From the NCBI RefSeq assembly GCF_964355755.1, contig NC_092673.1:31865648-31929647 (forward strand): a stretch of DNA of 64,000 nt, read 5' to 3'. Below, in pieces: positions 50,592-63,914 of the stretch (positions are counted from its first letter, which is position 1; every line of letters begins with the position of its first letter). This stretch comes from Antedon mediterranea. Its lineage: Eukaryota; Animalia; Echinodermata. The position numbers were made by a program, and so were the translations under genes. The notes under the pieces are model-generated. The model made no database searches, was not told where the DNA came from, and saw only the letters and a list, made by a program, of their open reading frames with translations.

Positions 50592-53300
50592 GCGATTTTT
50601 TTTTTCGTACATAAGTTGGGGACCCCATCATGAAACGTCACAAAATAAACATGAATAATTCATCAGTTAAATTTTCTTGTTCCGTGTGCACCCAAGCGTA
50701 TAGCAACAAGAAGCGATTACACAAGTGCGGTGCGATTCTAGGCCTATCTCCGCTGTGGTTGCCGCGTGCGATTTCATAATAGAATAGCGGAGTTTTGTGT
50801 GGATTGTCGAAATAATCAGCCTTTAGTTTATGGTGTTTTTAATATAGTTTATTACTAAAGAATTACGTGTTAAAATTATAGTTTCTATTGATACTATTAG
50901 GCCTAATTACTAGTCTCTAATCTAAACCCCTGTATATTCTAGTAGTAGCTGTGTGGGTGTGTGTGACTTGTGTCTTTGGGCTATGTCCAATTACTACTTA
51001 GTTTAATGTTTTGCCTAGCTGTCGATTAGCCTCGACACATTTTGCATAGTGGACGTGTGTGTGAAGAAGAGTGCGCGAAGGCAATCACGTGAATTGACCT
51101 AGAATCCTAGGCCTATTATTGTAGAAAGAATCATATCGCAGTTGTTGTTCCGTGTGCACCCAAGCGTTCTTCGACATAGCCCAAAGAAAGCTTAGACCCA
51201 CAAGAATAAAGAATGTGTATAATTTGTGTACTGTATTTTTTTAATTCTGCTATCAATTATCAAACAATATGCAATGTACTCAAAGGAACTTTAAAAATGC
51301 GCGTATATGAACACATGAGATGGGAAGATTTGACCCACGAGAATAAAAAATGTATTTTTGTGTAATGTTTATTGTTTAATTTTGCTGACTTATTACTCGG
51401 ATTGTGTCATACCAAAGATAGTGTAACTATCTTTGGTCATACCTAAAGGCTGATTTCCTGTCGACGTAAGAACATCACTTTTGTTGCGACTACGTCGATT
51501 TGTCGTAAGAAATGCGGATTTTACAGGAAACCGATTACGATCGAAAATTTACAAAATCGACGCAACGTAAGAAAAATGGTAACGACAAACGATTTTACAG
51601 GAAACCGATGACCTAACAATTGTTGCGTTACGACGTTTTCTTCCGATTTTACAGGAAACCGGGATTTTTGATCTTACGCTTGAATGAACGCCATTGCGTC
51701 ACGTTTCTTACGTCTCTTACGAAAGTTGACTTGAAGTCAACTTTCGCAAGAGACGTAAGCGCAATCGTAACAAGCAACCAATGAGCGACAAGAGTTATGA
51801 CGTAATGTGTATGTCCTTATAGTGAAATAAAGCCGGACAATAACATTTGTATGTATTTACTACTATAATTTTAGCCCACTTTACGATGTTGTACATACTT
51901 TACAAATGCACAGTAGTTTCAATATAGGCCTAATAATGTTCTAATCAGGGAGTTTACAACTCGTATCAAAATCTAATACTCTTATTTATGGACGTGCAAT
52001 AAACAATCAGCATCGGTAGAAACGTCACGAAAATGAACATTTGCAACAAGATAAGATATAGAAAGCCCCTTTGTAAGCAATATAATATTATTATGTAACT
52101 TTAAAAAAAAATTGTTTGCTTGATTTTGTATAATTTATATTGTTTTGTTAAATTTATTCTTATTATAGGCCTGTAAATAATGGATATCTTACTGCGGTAG
52201 TACTATCTCATGCTCGATTAGAGTATGCCTGGGCCCATAGGCCAAGGCCTAGCCTAGGGCCTAGGTAGGTCTAATAATAATAGGAATCCCGAAATGATTT
52301 GCCTTTTTTTAATTTTGAAAACTATTTAAGGCTAGGCCTAAAGGGCCAGTATAATTCATTCATATTTTGATTCATACAATAATACATAGGCCTACTAGCC
52401 TAGGCTCCTTATAGGCTAGTTTGATTAGATTTTGGTCAAATCAATTCCTATTAGTACAGTATTAATTAAGTATTATTACTAATACTAGGGCCTAGCCTAT
52501 CTACTAAAAATAATATGTTGGTGTGCTGCACTGACACTGATGCTGAGTTGCACTGACACTGATGCTGAGTAGCTACAGGTACAATAACATCATTCAACAT
52601 TTCGCGCGAAAAATGATAAAACCCGCTCTAAAAAGAAACACCAATCAGAGATGTTGTTTCAAATACGTCATAAATCTGACCGACGTAAGAAAAAAATTTC
52701 AACTTTCGTAACAACACTAAAATCGACGTAAGCATACGACGTGTGTTTCACAGCTAAAATTTCAACTTTCGGGAGCAGCATAACTACAGATGTTTTTCTG
52801 CGGCCCGACACGATCTTGACTAACGTCAACGACGTCAATTTTTTCTCAACTTTCGTAAGAGACGTAAGAAACGTATGAAACGCAAGAATCGTTGCAAAAT
52901 TCGACTTCTTACGTCGACAGGAAACCAGCCTTAACACACACACACGTCACACACATCCACACAGCTACTACTAGAATAGACATGGGTTTAGAGACTAATA
53001 ATTAGGCCTATAGTATTAATAGAAACTATAATTTTAACACGTAATTCTTTAGTAATAAATTTTATTAAAAACACCATAAACTAAAGGCCGATTATTTCGA
53101 CAATCCACACAAAACGCCGCTATTCTTCAACAGCGGAGATAGGCCTAGAATCGTACCGCACTTGTGTACGTGTAATCACTTCTTGTTGCTATACGCTTGG
53201 GTGCACACGGAACAAGAAAATTTAACTGATGAATTATTCATGTTTTTTTTGTGACGTTTCATGAGGGGGTCCCCAACTTATGTACGAAAAAAAAAATCGC
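50592..53300. mobile_element. MULE non-autonomous element with ~370-bp TIRs, 9-bp TSD (same terminal family as 41972-42307)
   Basis: TGGCCGGAC|GCGATTTT..CGTACATAAGTTGGGGACCCC ... ATCGC|TGGCCGGAC. Confidence 0.88.
51447..52931. mobile_element. PIF/Harbinger non-autonomous element, TAA TSD
   Basis: TAA|AGGCTGATTTCCTGTCGACGTAAGAA ... TTCTTACGTCGACAGGAAACCAGCCT|TAA; CGTAAG subrepeats; internal palindrome near 51712-51760. Confidence 0.82.
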
Positions 53301-53756
53301 TGGCCGGACTGCAAGTAAAATACGATACATATATGATGACGTAGTAAATATCTACACATGCGTAGAAGATCTCCTGGATTGGAGTAGGGAGATTTAGATC
53401 CTTCCACGTGGTTACACCTCCATGTTGGATTTATAATTATTATTGTAGTATTGGAGGTATATTCAGAGCGTCATTACAGTATTATAAAATTTAACTTTTT
53501 TTAAATTTTCAATTGGATCCATACAATAAGAAGAAGTGAGATTTTTTACTGTATGAAAGTTAGTGTGGATGTATATCTACTAAGTACTCTATAATTAGGC
53601 CTACAAATACAATAAGGCGAAGCTAGCTACTACTAGTCTAGGCCTAGCCTAGGCCTAATCGTAGTGACCACCAGGCCGCGACACCAGGCCTGCCTAACTA
53701 ACCTACTATAGTACTAGAGTGACAGTAGTGGTAGATCAGAGTTTAGCAGGAGGTTG

Positions 53757-56137
53757 GTTTCAGTTTCAGTTTTTATTTTCCAATAAAACAAGTAAGTGTC
53801 ATGAATATATAGCAAAAATGGAAGGATGACCAAAAAAGAGCAAAGCTCGTACAGTATTTGGCCACCTTAACAAAATAATTAAGACATGATACTACAAACA
53901 TAATTGAAGCACAGGACGAGACAATACTAGCTAAACATGTTGGCATATGAACTCAAAGATAGTGCGATAAAATCAAAAAAGCAAAAGAACAATGTACATG
54001 TAAACATATTTGTAACACTCATTGATAAGTTAAGAGCAAATTATTTTTATACAACTTTTTAAATACTTTGACAGATGATGAATTACGAATAGAAGCATCA
54101 ATAGTGACAATACTGTTCCATAAAATTGGACCATGTCCTCTGATAGTGTTTCTACCCATATCGGTAACAAAATTATAAGGACGATAAGTATTAAAGGACC
54201 TGATGCCATAATTATGAACTGAGTTTACTTTAACAAAATAATTAGAAAAGTTAGCTGGTAATAAATTATTCTTAAATTTGTACATGAAAACACCTTTTGA
54301 TATCTTATGAATATCATACACAGTTAAGTTGTTAAGACTAGGGATAACGATGCAAAATTAAAAGTTGTTATTTTTCAACCAATTTAAACATTAGTATTTT
54401 GTTTCAATATTCCAATGAAAAGAAAGAATTACGAAAATCTGACTTGTAGTTTTCGAAATATAAGGTCTAAAACATCTCCGAAAATGATCGTTTTTGGCCA
54501 CGAACGTTTTAAACAAATTGCGCCCTCAGTCGACAATTGTATGAACCACACCGTTTTTCGCGAAAATAATTACAAATAATTACGTTTTATAGTAATTTAT
54601 TTTATATATCAACATTGGAAATATCAATAAAATATGTTATTAAATGTTTACAAAATATATAAAATTGTTATTTAACGGAATTCGTACAAAATCATTGCTC
54701 TAAATTTGTGTAGTAACATCAGTACAGATAGACCATGTGACTTCGCGGTACACGCGAGAGAAAACATTCCGCTGTGGGTGATTCGCGTCCACCAATCAAA
54801 TAGCCAGGATTCAAAATCATTCAACCGTGAGCTCTGCCGATCGCGGGAAATCTCAGCTTTGATTGGCTTACGATGACATCATATCACAAAATGGTGGTTT
54901 TGTAGTTGAGCCTCACGTAATTTTCACAATTTTATTTAAAAAATGAAATAAATGGACCTGCTTTATGGTATGTGTGATTTTTCTCTAAAAGATTTAAATA
55001 ATAAAGGCTTCATATACATGGCATGTAGAACTATATTATCTTGGCGTAGGAAGACAAACAAATCCCAGGTCATGAGAGGCTCAACTACAAAAACAAGGTT
55101 GAATAGGGTTAGGTCACTGGACCGTTCGAAGGTTTTTGAGTAAACAATCTACCGCGTATGGTCGTACGCGCTAGACAGTACGATATTTTAACCACACTTT
55201 TTACATGTTTGGTTGAATGTAATGACGATAAAAAATAGTTGATCTTATGGAATGATATGTAAATAAATAAATACTCAAAAGAATTATGTTTACAGTTCAA
55301 TTATTTTCAGAATAATATTACATAAAAATGTGTTTACCAATGGACAAATAATCGCGTCAATGACATAGCGCGCATGGTAACGTACGCGGAGTTGAATCGT
55401 GGCAATAACAATGGAGTCAACTCTCGGTAACCCTATTAAGACTAGCAAATAATGGTGGTTGAATGCTCAAGGAATTGAGAATTTGTGCATAAACGCATTA
55501 TGCGCTTTTGTTTGCGATAAACAGTTTCAAGGCGACAGTTATTGTGGTCAGCCCAAATCAAGCTGCAGTATTGAATATGAGGAAGGACTAGAGTCTTGTA
55601 TAAGGATGATAGAATTACATTGACATGTAAAATTGGTTTTAGCCTAAAAAGAATACCAGAATATTTTGAAACTAAGTTTGTAATATGGATTGTATGTTGA
55701 TTCCAGGTTAAGCATTCGTCCATTATTACACCAAGAAATTTACAACTAGTTACACGAGAGATGTTATTATTATCAATGAAAATGTTAAGGTCATTGTAAA
55801 CACGGTTACTATATCTGTTCTTAAAAATCATATAATTAGTTTTATTAGCATTAAGCGATAACTTATTTGCTTTAAACCAACTCGAGATAGTCGAGAGATC
55901 GGAATTAACATTATCAACTAGACGGTTTAGAACATTATCTGAAATTATCTGCATATAAAATAAGATTGGAATGTTTACAGATGTTGCTAAATCATTAATG
56001 TAAATAATAAAGAATAGCGGGCCTAAAATTGAGCCCTGTGGAACACCACAACAAATGTTTAAAGAAGAAGAACTATGATAATTAAAAGAGATATATTGCT
56101 TTCTATCCGTCAGGTAACTTCTGAACCAATCAATCAA
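53757..56137 (-). mobile_element. 5'-truncated Crack/L2-type LINE with 3' tail, split by a hAT MITE
   Basis: Motifs WFRSYLTDRKQ, GVPQGSILGPLFFIIYINDL, NKLSLNANKT and GPILWNSI; minus-strand tail AATAAAAACTGAAACTGAAAC. Confidence 0.88.
54339..55435. mobile_element. hAT-type MITE with TAGGG termini
   Basis: TAGGGATAACGA...TCGGTAACCCTA flanked by TTAAGAC(T) duplication. Removal restores the LINE frame PPLFASLNNLTVYDIHK. Confidence 0.8.
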
Positions 56138-56300
56138 TCAATCAATGGTTGAAAAGTAAGCCCATCCTAAGTACGCCTAGCCTAGGCCTGAATACATAGC
56201 GTTCATACTACTAATCTACGCCTGGTATGGCCCGGTAGGCTTGTATGATTTAAAATGATATCAAGTGTTTTCGAGTTTTTCTCGAAAACAGAGACCCCAG

Positions 56301-59300
56301 CAGGGCATCACGTATACAAAACCCAGGAGAGCAAATCGCTCTCCTCAAATTACCGAGGAGAGCAATTCGCTGTCCTTGCAAAAATTTTAAATCGCTCTCC
56401 TCAAATGTTTATGTAAATATGTAAAAAAATTACAATGTTTGAATTTGACCACAAAAGTTAAATTCTATTGGTTTTGCTACCAAAAAAAAATTATTAGCGC
56501 ACACTGCCGCTATAATCTATTACAGTATATTATAATCTATAAATCTTTTATTAATAAATACAGGGCTGAAAATTAACCTTTAAACCATAGTGGCCAGCAG
56601 GGCCAGTTGAAGTTGAAGGATGGTCGCCCTTATTAAAAATGGCTGGCCCTTATTAATTTTGTGTACATTTTTTTTTTGTGCCAAAAGGGAATTTATCCCC
56701 ACCCCTCCAATTATATCATTTATTACTTTTGATAATTAAATTACTCTCCCCAAAATTCCTCCCTCCCCCACTCCCCTCCTACACCCACATTCACACACAA
56801 TATTTTCCGTGGGGATCGTCATTGAAAAAAATCAATCCAATTTTTTGTATGGCCTGGGTAGGCCTAGATTGGGTTTCAGGAGCCTGCCTGGAGAATCCTG
56901 ACCAACATGTCTTTAGCCTAGGCCTAGCTTTTCTAGCCTAGCTTGTTGGCCTACTACCTGTATTTCATAAATTATACAATTCTAACATGCAATAGCCATT
57001 AAAATATTGATAATAAGTTACAAAGTATCATTTTAAAATAATTAAGAAAGATATTTAATCGTGTTTACATGTGTCACACATGCACGCACAATTTGGGGAG
57101 AGCTACCTTCTAGAAGATGATGACGTCACACGTGTTTTGAGGAGGATTTGAGTGACCAAAATTGGTTGGAACTTTTGAAGAAATAATTCATCAATGACAT
57201 AATTAAAGCAACTAAGCTTTTTAAATAATAAACATTATATTTAGGCCTCCTATTAATGTTTCCTTTTAAAATTAAATATATTTTATAAACTCGTTCCATA
57301 AAAACATGCAGTAAGCATAAAAGGAACAATTATTGGTTGCTGTAAAGGAGGTATTTCTATGACACCGTACTGGATGCACTATGAGGCGACGAAGTAAACT
57401 CGTCCTTGAATGCAGGCAGGGGAATCCCCTTGTTTGGTACCTAACCTCGCACTGTGAGATAGAGCGTGATTAATTGCTCTCCTTGAAGGTTGTTGATCGC
57501 GCTTGCGATCCTTAAAAACGAGGGACTGCTTGTAGCTTTTCCATCATATCCGGAGATTACACACGTCACGTGTATACAAAAGTTGTACGTCCGGTCGGCC
57601 TCGTGTTTTATTAGTAGACTAGCTAGCTAGCTAGACTCTGTTGTTGTTTACTTTGCTTCGTCGTCGTCGAGTATCACTCCGCCGCCTTCTCGAGCTTTTA
57701 TAATTTATAATGATCGATCGCTGCTGTTCGTTCGCGCGCGAGTCGAGAGTAGGAATAGTCACGATCATCATCAGGCAGGGGTGGCGCCAGTCGAAAACAA
57801 AAACAAGTGTTGGCAGCTAACCTCTAATTGTAATATGTCATGGATTATAAAAGTAACAACAACAGGTATCTTGGCATGCCTAGACCTAGATGTCTAGGCT
57901 TGTCATTGTAAGCGTTTCTCACATTGTTAACTTTAAAAATCCACGTGTTTTTAGGCCTCTTGACAGAAAAATCAACACTGTCAAAAGCTAGGCTCTATTT
58001 TGAAAATTAAGGAGCACGATAAATTGCTCTCCTCGAAGCCTGTTGAGGAGCGCGGTCGCGCAGGCGCTCCTTAAGGCCGGTGCACACCGAACGCGAAGCC
58101 GCGAAGCGTCATGCGTCACGCGTCATTCGACGGATCGCTTTGAAAGTTGAATTGTCATGCGGCTATTAGTTTTTCTTGTCGGTTCCCACTAAACGCGTCA
58201 CGATCTGCTGATTCGGCGCGATTGCTAGGGTGCTCCAGGTTGGATCTGCATACAATGAATAGTGTAAGTGAAACCAGGGAAGAGTTAAATTAAAATTTAA
58301 TTTAACTCTTCCCTGGTTAAACCAATCACAGTGTTTGGTTTTGGTGGGAAAATGTTATCCTTTTCCAAAGCCTGAAATGTGCATGATTGTGTGTATATTA
58401 ACAAGCAGTCAAACATCGTATCACAAGGACAGAAGAAGATGTATCCAATATCAATACAGTTACAAGAATTAAAGCGTTTATTGTTGATTACACGTACATG
58501 TGATCTGCTGAGTATATTTATTAGTGGTGTTACAAATATCTTTTGCAGCGTCAGCCTACCAATCAACAGAGGTGCAATTATAATTACAGTCACATTGCAA
58601 CAACATTTTATAACCATATAAAACATTTCATATAAACACGAACTGGGAATCTCCATGGGTTGACCAACTATAGCATAGGTGTTTAGCACCTGTTTGGTCT
58701 TTCCGTGCCTCCTTTTATAATTGTTTTGTCTTCTTATGTTTATGGCAGAAATTGAATAAATAAATAAATAAATAAATAAAATAAACTATAGGCCTATATA
58801 TTAATGTAAAGTTTTCACATTCATTTTCTAATTATTATTAAATATTATATTATTCATGACAAAACATACAGTTTTTTTCTCATTTGATTAAATGTAATAA
58901 ATATCCCAAACTCATATTTACACTTTATATTATCTTATGACTTTTTTTTCACATAAATACACTTATTTAAATAGTGAATCATTGTTTTTAAAGGTATCAT
59001 TAAATAATTAATCATTACATTGTATATTATCTTATGACTTTTTCACATAAATACACTTATTGAAATAGTGAATCATTGTTTTTAAAGGTATCATTAAATA
59101 TCAACCAGATTTTCTTTTTTACTACTCCTGAATACTTTCGCAAAATAATATCAAAATAATAAATTTAAAAGGTATCATCCCAAAGAAAAAATGAAAATTG
59201 AAGAAATATTATTATTGTTAAAAGTGAATAACTAACCCTAAAGTGTTACTGTATAGTTTACTGTATTACACACACAACGAAAATGTTTTAAATTATAATT

Positions 59301-60830
59301 TTCAGGAAGACAATATATCTTGTCCAAAAAATGACACTAAACTTAAAGAGGTATTGTCCCATAGAATCATGAAAAATGAAGATGATTAAAATCAAATTTG
59401 AATAGGCCATTTTGTAGTTTTAACAAAGTTAATCACTTACATAGAAAAAAACCCAACAAAACTTATGTTTTCACTTATAAAATGAAAAAAATTCCATTAG
59501 CTGGCAGCCAATTTGACTATTTTTTTTAGTATTGGAGTATAACAAAACATATACATATATTTCCATGTGTTCTCTATTGCTAAAAAAAGACATTCAGTTC
59601 AGCTTTCCTTCTATAACCACTTAATAAATACTAGTTACAGTCCAACTCCTCCTTAATCTCTTCCATTTTCTATTAAAAAAAAATGAAACAAGTATTAAAA
59701 AATTGCTATAGTAAGGCATATTGCTCAAATCATTTTTTTCTGGCCAATGTATGTCACCAACTGACATACCTATTTAAAAAAAAGTCTATACAAACCTGTA
59801 TCAGCCTCATAATTGCCAGTCCACGTTTTTGAGGAGCAATTGCTCTTAATTCCATGGCAATAATATACTGGCCGCTTAAACTACTAGCTTGGTCATTGGT
59901 GGAGTTTGTAACGCTGGTATTGGTAATAGCCTGAAGGATCCCATTTATCAATGTTCATCTAATTGACCTAAAAAAAAAAAAAAAACAGTATTTATGTATT
60001 AATATTACTACTACTAGGCCTATCCTAGCCTTACAACACTAAATCAACTAAATATTAGGCCTAGGCCTATAAATATTAATTAATAATAATAAGTAGGCTA
60101 GGCCTAGGCCTAGTAGTAGTACTACTGTACTCATATTTAGTAGTAGGCTTAACCTAGGCTAGGCCTGGCCTAGCACATAGTAGACTAGTAGGGATTAGTA
60201 AGTATTATGTAGGCCTATAAGTACTACTTGGCATGGCCTAGCCTACTAGGGTATATGTAGCCTAGGCTAGGTAGGCCTAGCTAGGCCCTAGTATTGCCTA
60301 AACCTAGGTAGGCTAGGCCTAGGCTAGAAATAGGCTTGCCAACTCACTTTACAAATTGATCTCTGACGCGTTTTATGCCTAGTTTTTCTGGCATTCTTCT
60401 ACACAGATGTTTGTCTGAAATTATTGTCTTCATGCATTAATCCTTATGTTTCTGTCTGTGTATGACTTACTTCCCTTATCGTAAAGACAAGAAGGGTAAG
60501 TATTTCCATAAAGACCTCGCTCGTCGGCCACCATTTTTTTGCCGTCGGTGTCGTCGATTAGAGATATTCCTGGCTTCTGATTGGTTGACGACCGCGAACC
60601 GCGCTCGCGACGCCTCAAAAAGTTGACCAAGGTTCAACTTTTGAAAATTCGCGTGCGAAGCCTTCGCTGCTGTCGTTTTCAACGCGTTGAAGTTGAAATT
60701 CGACTATCGTACACTGTTCGCTTGCATGTTCACACTGGAAGCGTCCGTCGCCTGCCGCGTGCGTCACTTTTTAACGCGAAATTCGCGGCTTCGCGTTTGG
60801 TGTGCACCGGCCTTTATAAATGATGCCCTG
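56301..60830. mobile_element. hAT-type non-autonomous element
   Basis: CAGGGCATCA...TGATGCCCTG TIRs; GGAGAGCAA/GCTCTCCT subterminal repeats; imperfect AGACCCC duplication; splits the downstream satellite. Confidence 0.65.
58074..60813 (-). mobile_element. PIF/Harbinger derivative with decayed MADF(-BESS) gene, TTA TSD
   Basis: TTA|AGGCCGGTGCACACC ... GGTGTGCACCGGCCT|TTA. Minus strand YPSCLYDKGSKSYTDRNIRINA*...VEECQK...VRDQFV (MADF, ~60350-60534) and IAMELRAIAPQKRGLAIMRLIQV (BESS-like, ~59790-59870). Confidence 0.8.
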
Positions 60831-62522
60831 AGACCCCCACTAAAACGTCTCAATATTAAGTCAATATTACGTTATATAAGGGGGTCTCTGTTTTCGAGTT
60901 TTTCTCGAAAACAGAGACCCCCACTAAAACGTCTCAATATTACGTTATATAGGTGTTCTCTGTTTTTTAGAAAATCTCGAAAACAGAGACCCCCACTAAA
61001 ACGTCTCATTATATTGGGGGTCTCTTTTTTCGAGATTTCCCGAGACCCCCTAATATAATCCCTGTTTATTAAGAGTGTTGCAAATACCCACCAGCGAGCT
61101 TGGTCATAAATTATTAAAACCCAACTTTTATCGCAAAAACCGTGAATTTATGTTTATTTATTTATCAATTTATTATTTTTTTTTAATTCTTTTCTTTTTT
61201 AAGGCTCGCCCCAACACAATATATTTGTCTTCATCCTCCAGTCTGCCTCAAAGTCTGACCTCATATCATTTTGTTATTGCATTGTAAGTTATTATCTTTT
61301 ATGCTTGTAAATAAATGTTAAAACTAGTGTCAGCTTTTGAAATATTCTCTCGCTTTTTAGCTTCTAAATAAAAGGCACAGCATGCATTTATACATCTTAC
61401 TTCTACGACGTCGACCTTTTATTCCAAAATGACAGTCTTTTCACACGCGTTCAAGAATTCATCAATCTCTTCTTTATCGTTGCAGCATGTTCTTTGATCG
61501 GTATATCAGTTACCGTTTATTACTGATTCATTCTGTGATTTTGAGACGTTTTAGTGGGGACCCCCTATATAACGTAATATTGACGTAATATTGAGACGTT
61601 TTAGTGGGGGGTCTCTGTTTTTGAGAAAATCTCGAAAACAGAGACCCCCTATATAATGTAATATTGAGACGCTTTAGTGGGGTCTCTGTTTTCGAATTTT
61701 TTTCGAAAACAGAGACCCCCTATATAACGTAATATTGACTTAATATTGAGACGTTTTAGTGGGGGTCTCTGTTTTCGAGTTTTTCTCGAAAACAGAGACC
61801 TCCTATATAATGTAATATTGAAACGTTTTAGTGGAGGTCTCTGTTTTCGAGTTTTTCTCTTAAACAGAGACCCCCTATGTAACGTAATATTGACTTAATA
61901 TTGAGACGTTTTAGTGGGGTGTCTCTGTTTTCGAGAAAATCTCGAAAACAGAGACCCCCTATATAACGTAATATTGACTTAATATTGAGACGTTTTAGTG
62001 AGGTCTCTGTTTTCGAGTTTTTCTCGAAAACAGAGACCCCTATATAACGTAATATTGACTTAATATTGAGACGTTTTAGTGGGGGTCTCTGTTTTCGAGT
62101 TTTTCTCGAAAACTGAGAAAACGTAATATATTGACTTAATATTGAGACGTTTTAGTGGGGGTCTCAGTTTTCGAGAAAATCTCAAAAACAGAGACCCCTA
62201 TATAATGTAATATTGAGACGCTTTAGTGGGGGTCTCTGTTTACGAGAAAATCTCGAAAACAGAGACCCCCTATATAACGTAATATTGACTTACTATTGAG
62301 ACGTTTTAGTGGGGTTTAGCTCGCCAGAAACGTGCTGCAAAATTAAGTGACCTAGCCTTGTGCGATACAGACCACAAGAACCTCATTTGGCAATGTCACT
62401 TCATTTGGCGTTACAGGGGTCTCTGTTTTCGAGTTTTTCTCGAAAACAGAGACCCCCTATATAATGTAATATTAAAATGTAATATTTAGTGGGGTCTCTG
62501 TTTTCGAGAAAAACTCGAAAAG
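60831..62522. repeat. ~72-84-bp hairpin satellite in two oppositely oriented blocks (foldback-like); also at 56266-56298
   Basis: Unit contains GGGGTCTCTGTTTTCGAG-loop-CTCGAAAACAGAGACCCC. The spacer CACTAAAACGTCTCAATATT is forward at 60838-61010 and reversed at 61541-62315. Confidence 0.85.
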
Positions 62523-62753
62523 AGATTTGACGTAATTTGACGTTTTTTCATATCAAAAATGTATATAATTTTAGCACATACTTGATAAAATTTTATATCA
62601 TAAAATTCTACGGGGGCGATAGCTTAGTGTACCTAGGCTTAGTTTTATTAAGAAATTGCCCTTTTCATGACTAAACTGTCTGTGAATAATGAAAGTTGGA
62701 ATTGCCATTGATTGGTTACCATGGTTATTCAATAATTATTTTTGCAGATAGAA

Positions 62754-63914
62754 ATGTATCACCTTTTGAAATTGGTAAGAAGCTTACCATCAGTGTGTAA
62801 AAACAGCGTTCCTGTATCAGTGAAGAATAAAACAAGTACGTTATGGATATCAGTGAGCCAATTTAAAAACAAATTTATCTATCAATCAAGATATTACTGT
62901 TCTATTACAAATGAATCTAGTAAAGAAACGTCTTATGATAGAGGACTTGAAGAGGCAAGAGAGTTAATAGAAGAAATGAGGCTTTCAGGCAGACAAGTCC
63001 CACAACAAATCAGTGATGCAGATTTAGAACATTTTGCTTCTATCAAATCTAAAAGGCAAAGGAAAAAGGTTATGACTTTCATGTATCGTAGAGAGTGTTT
63101 GCGACTGAAGGAGAAGGAAAGGCGTCTTGAAAAACGGGAACAAAGAAAAATAGAATCCGAAGAAAGTAAGGAGTATGAAACACCATTAGCAAATACGTTG
63201 TTTCTCAAAATGAATCAACGTATTTTGGAGTCTGATAATTGGAAACTGTCTCAAGGAATGAAATTTGGTCAGAATGTTGTGTTTGATTTTTGCTATGACC
63301 AGTATATGCAACGAAGAGATGCTATCGCCCTAAGTATGCAAATGGGTTATGTAATACATGCAAATAAGAAAGCTAAGGAGTCTTTTCACATACACTTTGT
63401 TAACCACCTAGAGGGTTCACTATCGCATAAAGAATTGATGCGTACAACAACAAAGGACGCATACAATAAGATGATGGTGACAATGAGTTCACAATCTTTA
63501 CTGGAAAAATTTCCAAAAGAGGACATTATTTATCTGTCGCCAGATTCACCAAACATAATGCGCACATTTGATGACACTAAGACGTACGTTATTGGTGCTT
63601 TTGTTGATGCAACTCAAATACAAAAAGGATTGTCTTTAGGTATTGCAAAAAGATTAAATGTTTCTCATGTACGATTACCAATTGATTACTACTTAAAGTG
63701 GGGAAGTGGTGGGCATAAGACTCTGACTTTAGATCAAGTAATTAAGATACTATCAGCAATGAAAGAAACAAATGATTGGAAAGAAGCTATGAAACATGTC
63801 CCTATTAGAAAACACACAGGAATGAAAACATGTGGCCAAAATCAATCAACATCCAGCGGACAGGAACCCGCAGCCAAAGACAACTTTATTTTTAGTCGGG
63901 CACTGAGACCATAG
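62754..63914 (+). CDS. TRMT10C: tRNA methyltransferase 10 homolog C / mitochondrial RNase P protein 1 (386 aa)
   Basis: Intact ORF after the acceptor TTTTGCAG. Mitochondrial-presequence-like N-terminus, RQVPQQISD, basic coiled coil, MKFGQNVVFD, FPKEDIIYLSPDSPN, YVIGAFVD, RLPIDYYLKW, KTLTLDQVIKIL and WKEAMKHVPIRK (Trm10 SPOUT fold). Confidence 0.92.
   Translation: MYHLLKLVRSLPSVCKNSVPVSVKNKTSTLWISVSQFKNKFIYQSRYYCSITNESSKETSYDRGLEEARELIEEMRLSGRQVPQQISDADLEHFASIKSKRQRKKVMTFMYRRECLRLKEKERRLEKREQRKIESEESKEYETPLANTLFLKMNQRILESDNWKLSQGMKFGQNVVFDFCYDQYMQRRDAIALSMQMGYVIHANKKAKESFHIHFVNHLEGSLSHKELMRTTTKDAYNKMMVTMSSQSLLEKFPKEDIIYLSPDSPNIMRTFDDTKTYVIGAFVDATQIQKGLSLGIAKRLNVSHVRLPIDYYLKWGSGGHKTLTLDQVIKILSAMKETNDWKEAMKHVPIRKHTGMKTCGQNQSTSSGQEPAAKDNFIFSRALRP

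Noticed and set aside
60430-61287. ORFs 60476-60682, 60581-60823, 60687-61058 and 61075-61287
   Set aside because: They span GC-rich TIRs, satellite or AT-rich spacer and show no recognisable domains.
62933-63208. 91-aa minus-strand ORF
   Set aside because: Antisense shadow of TRMT10C.
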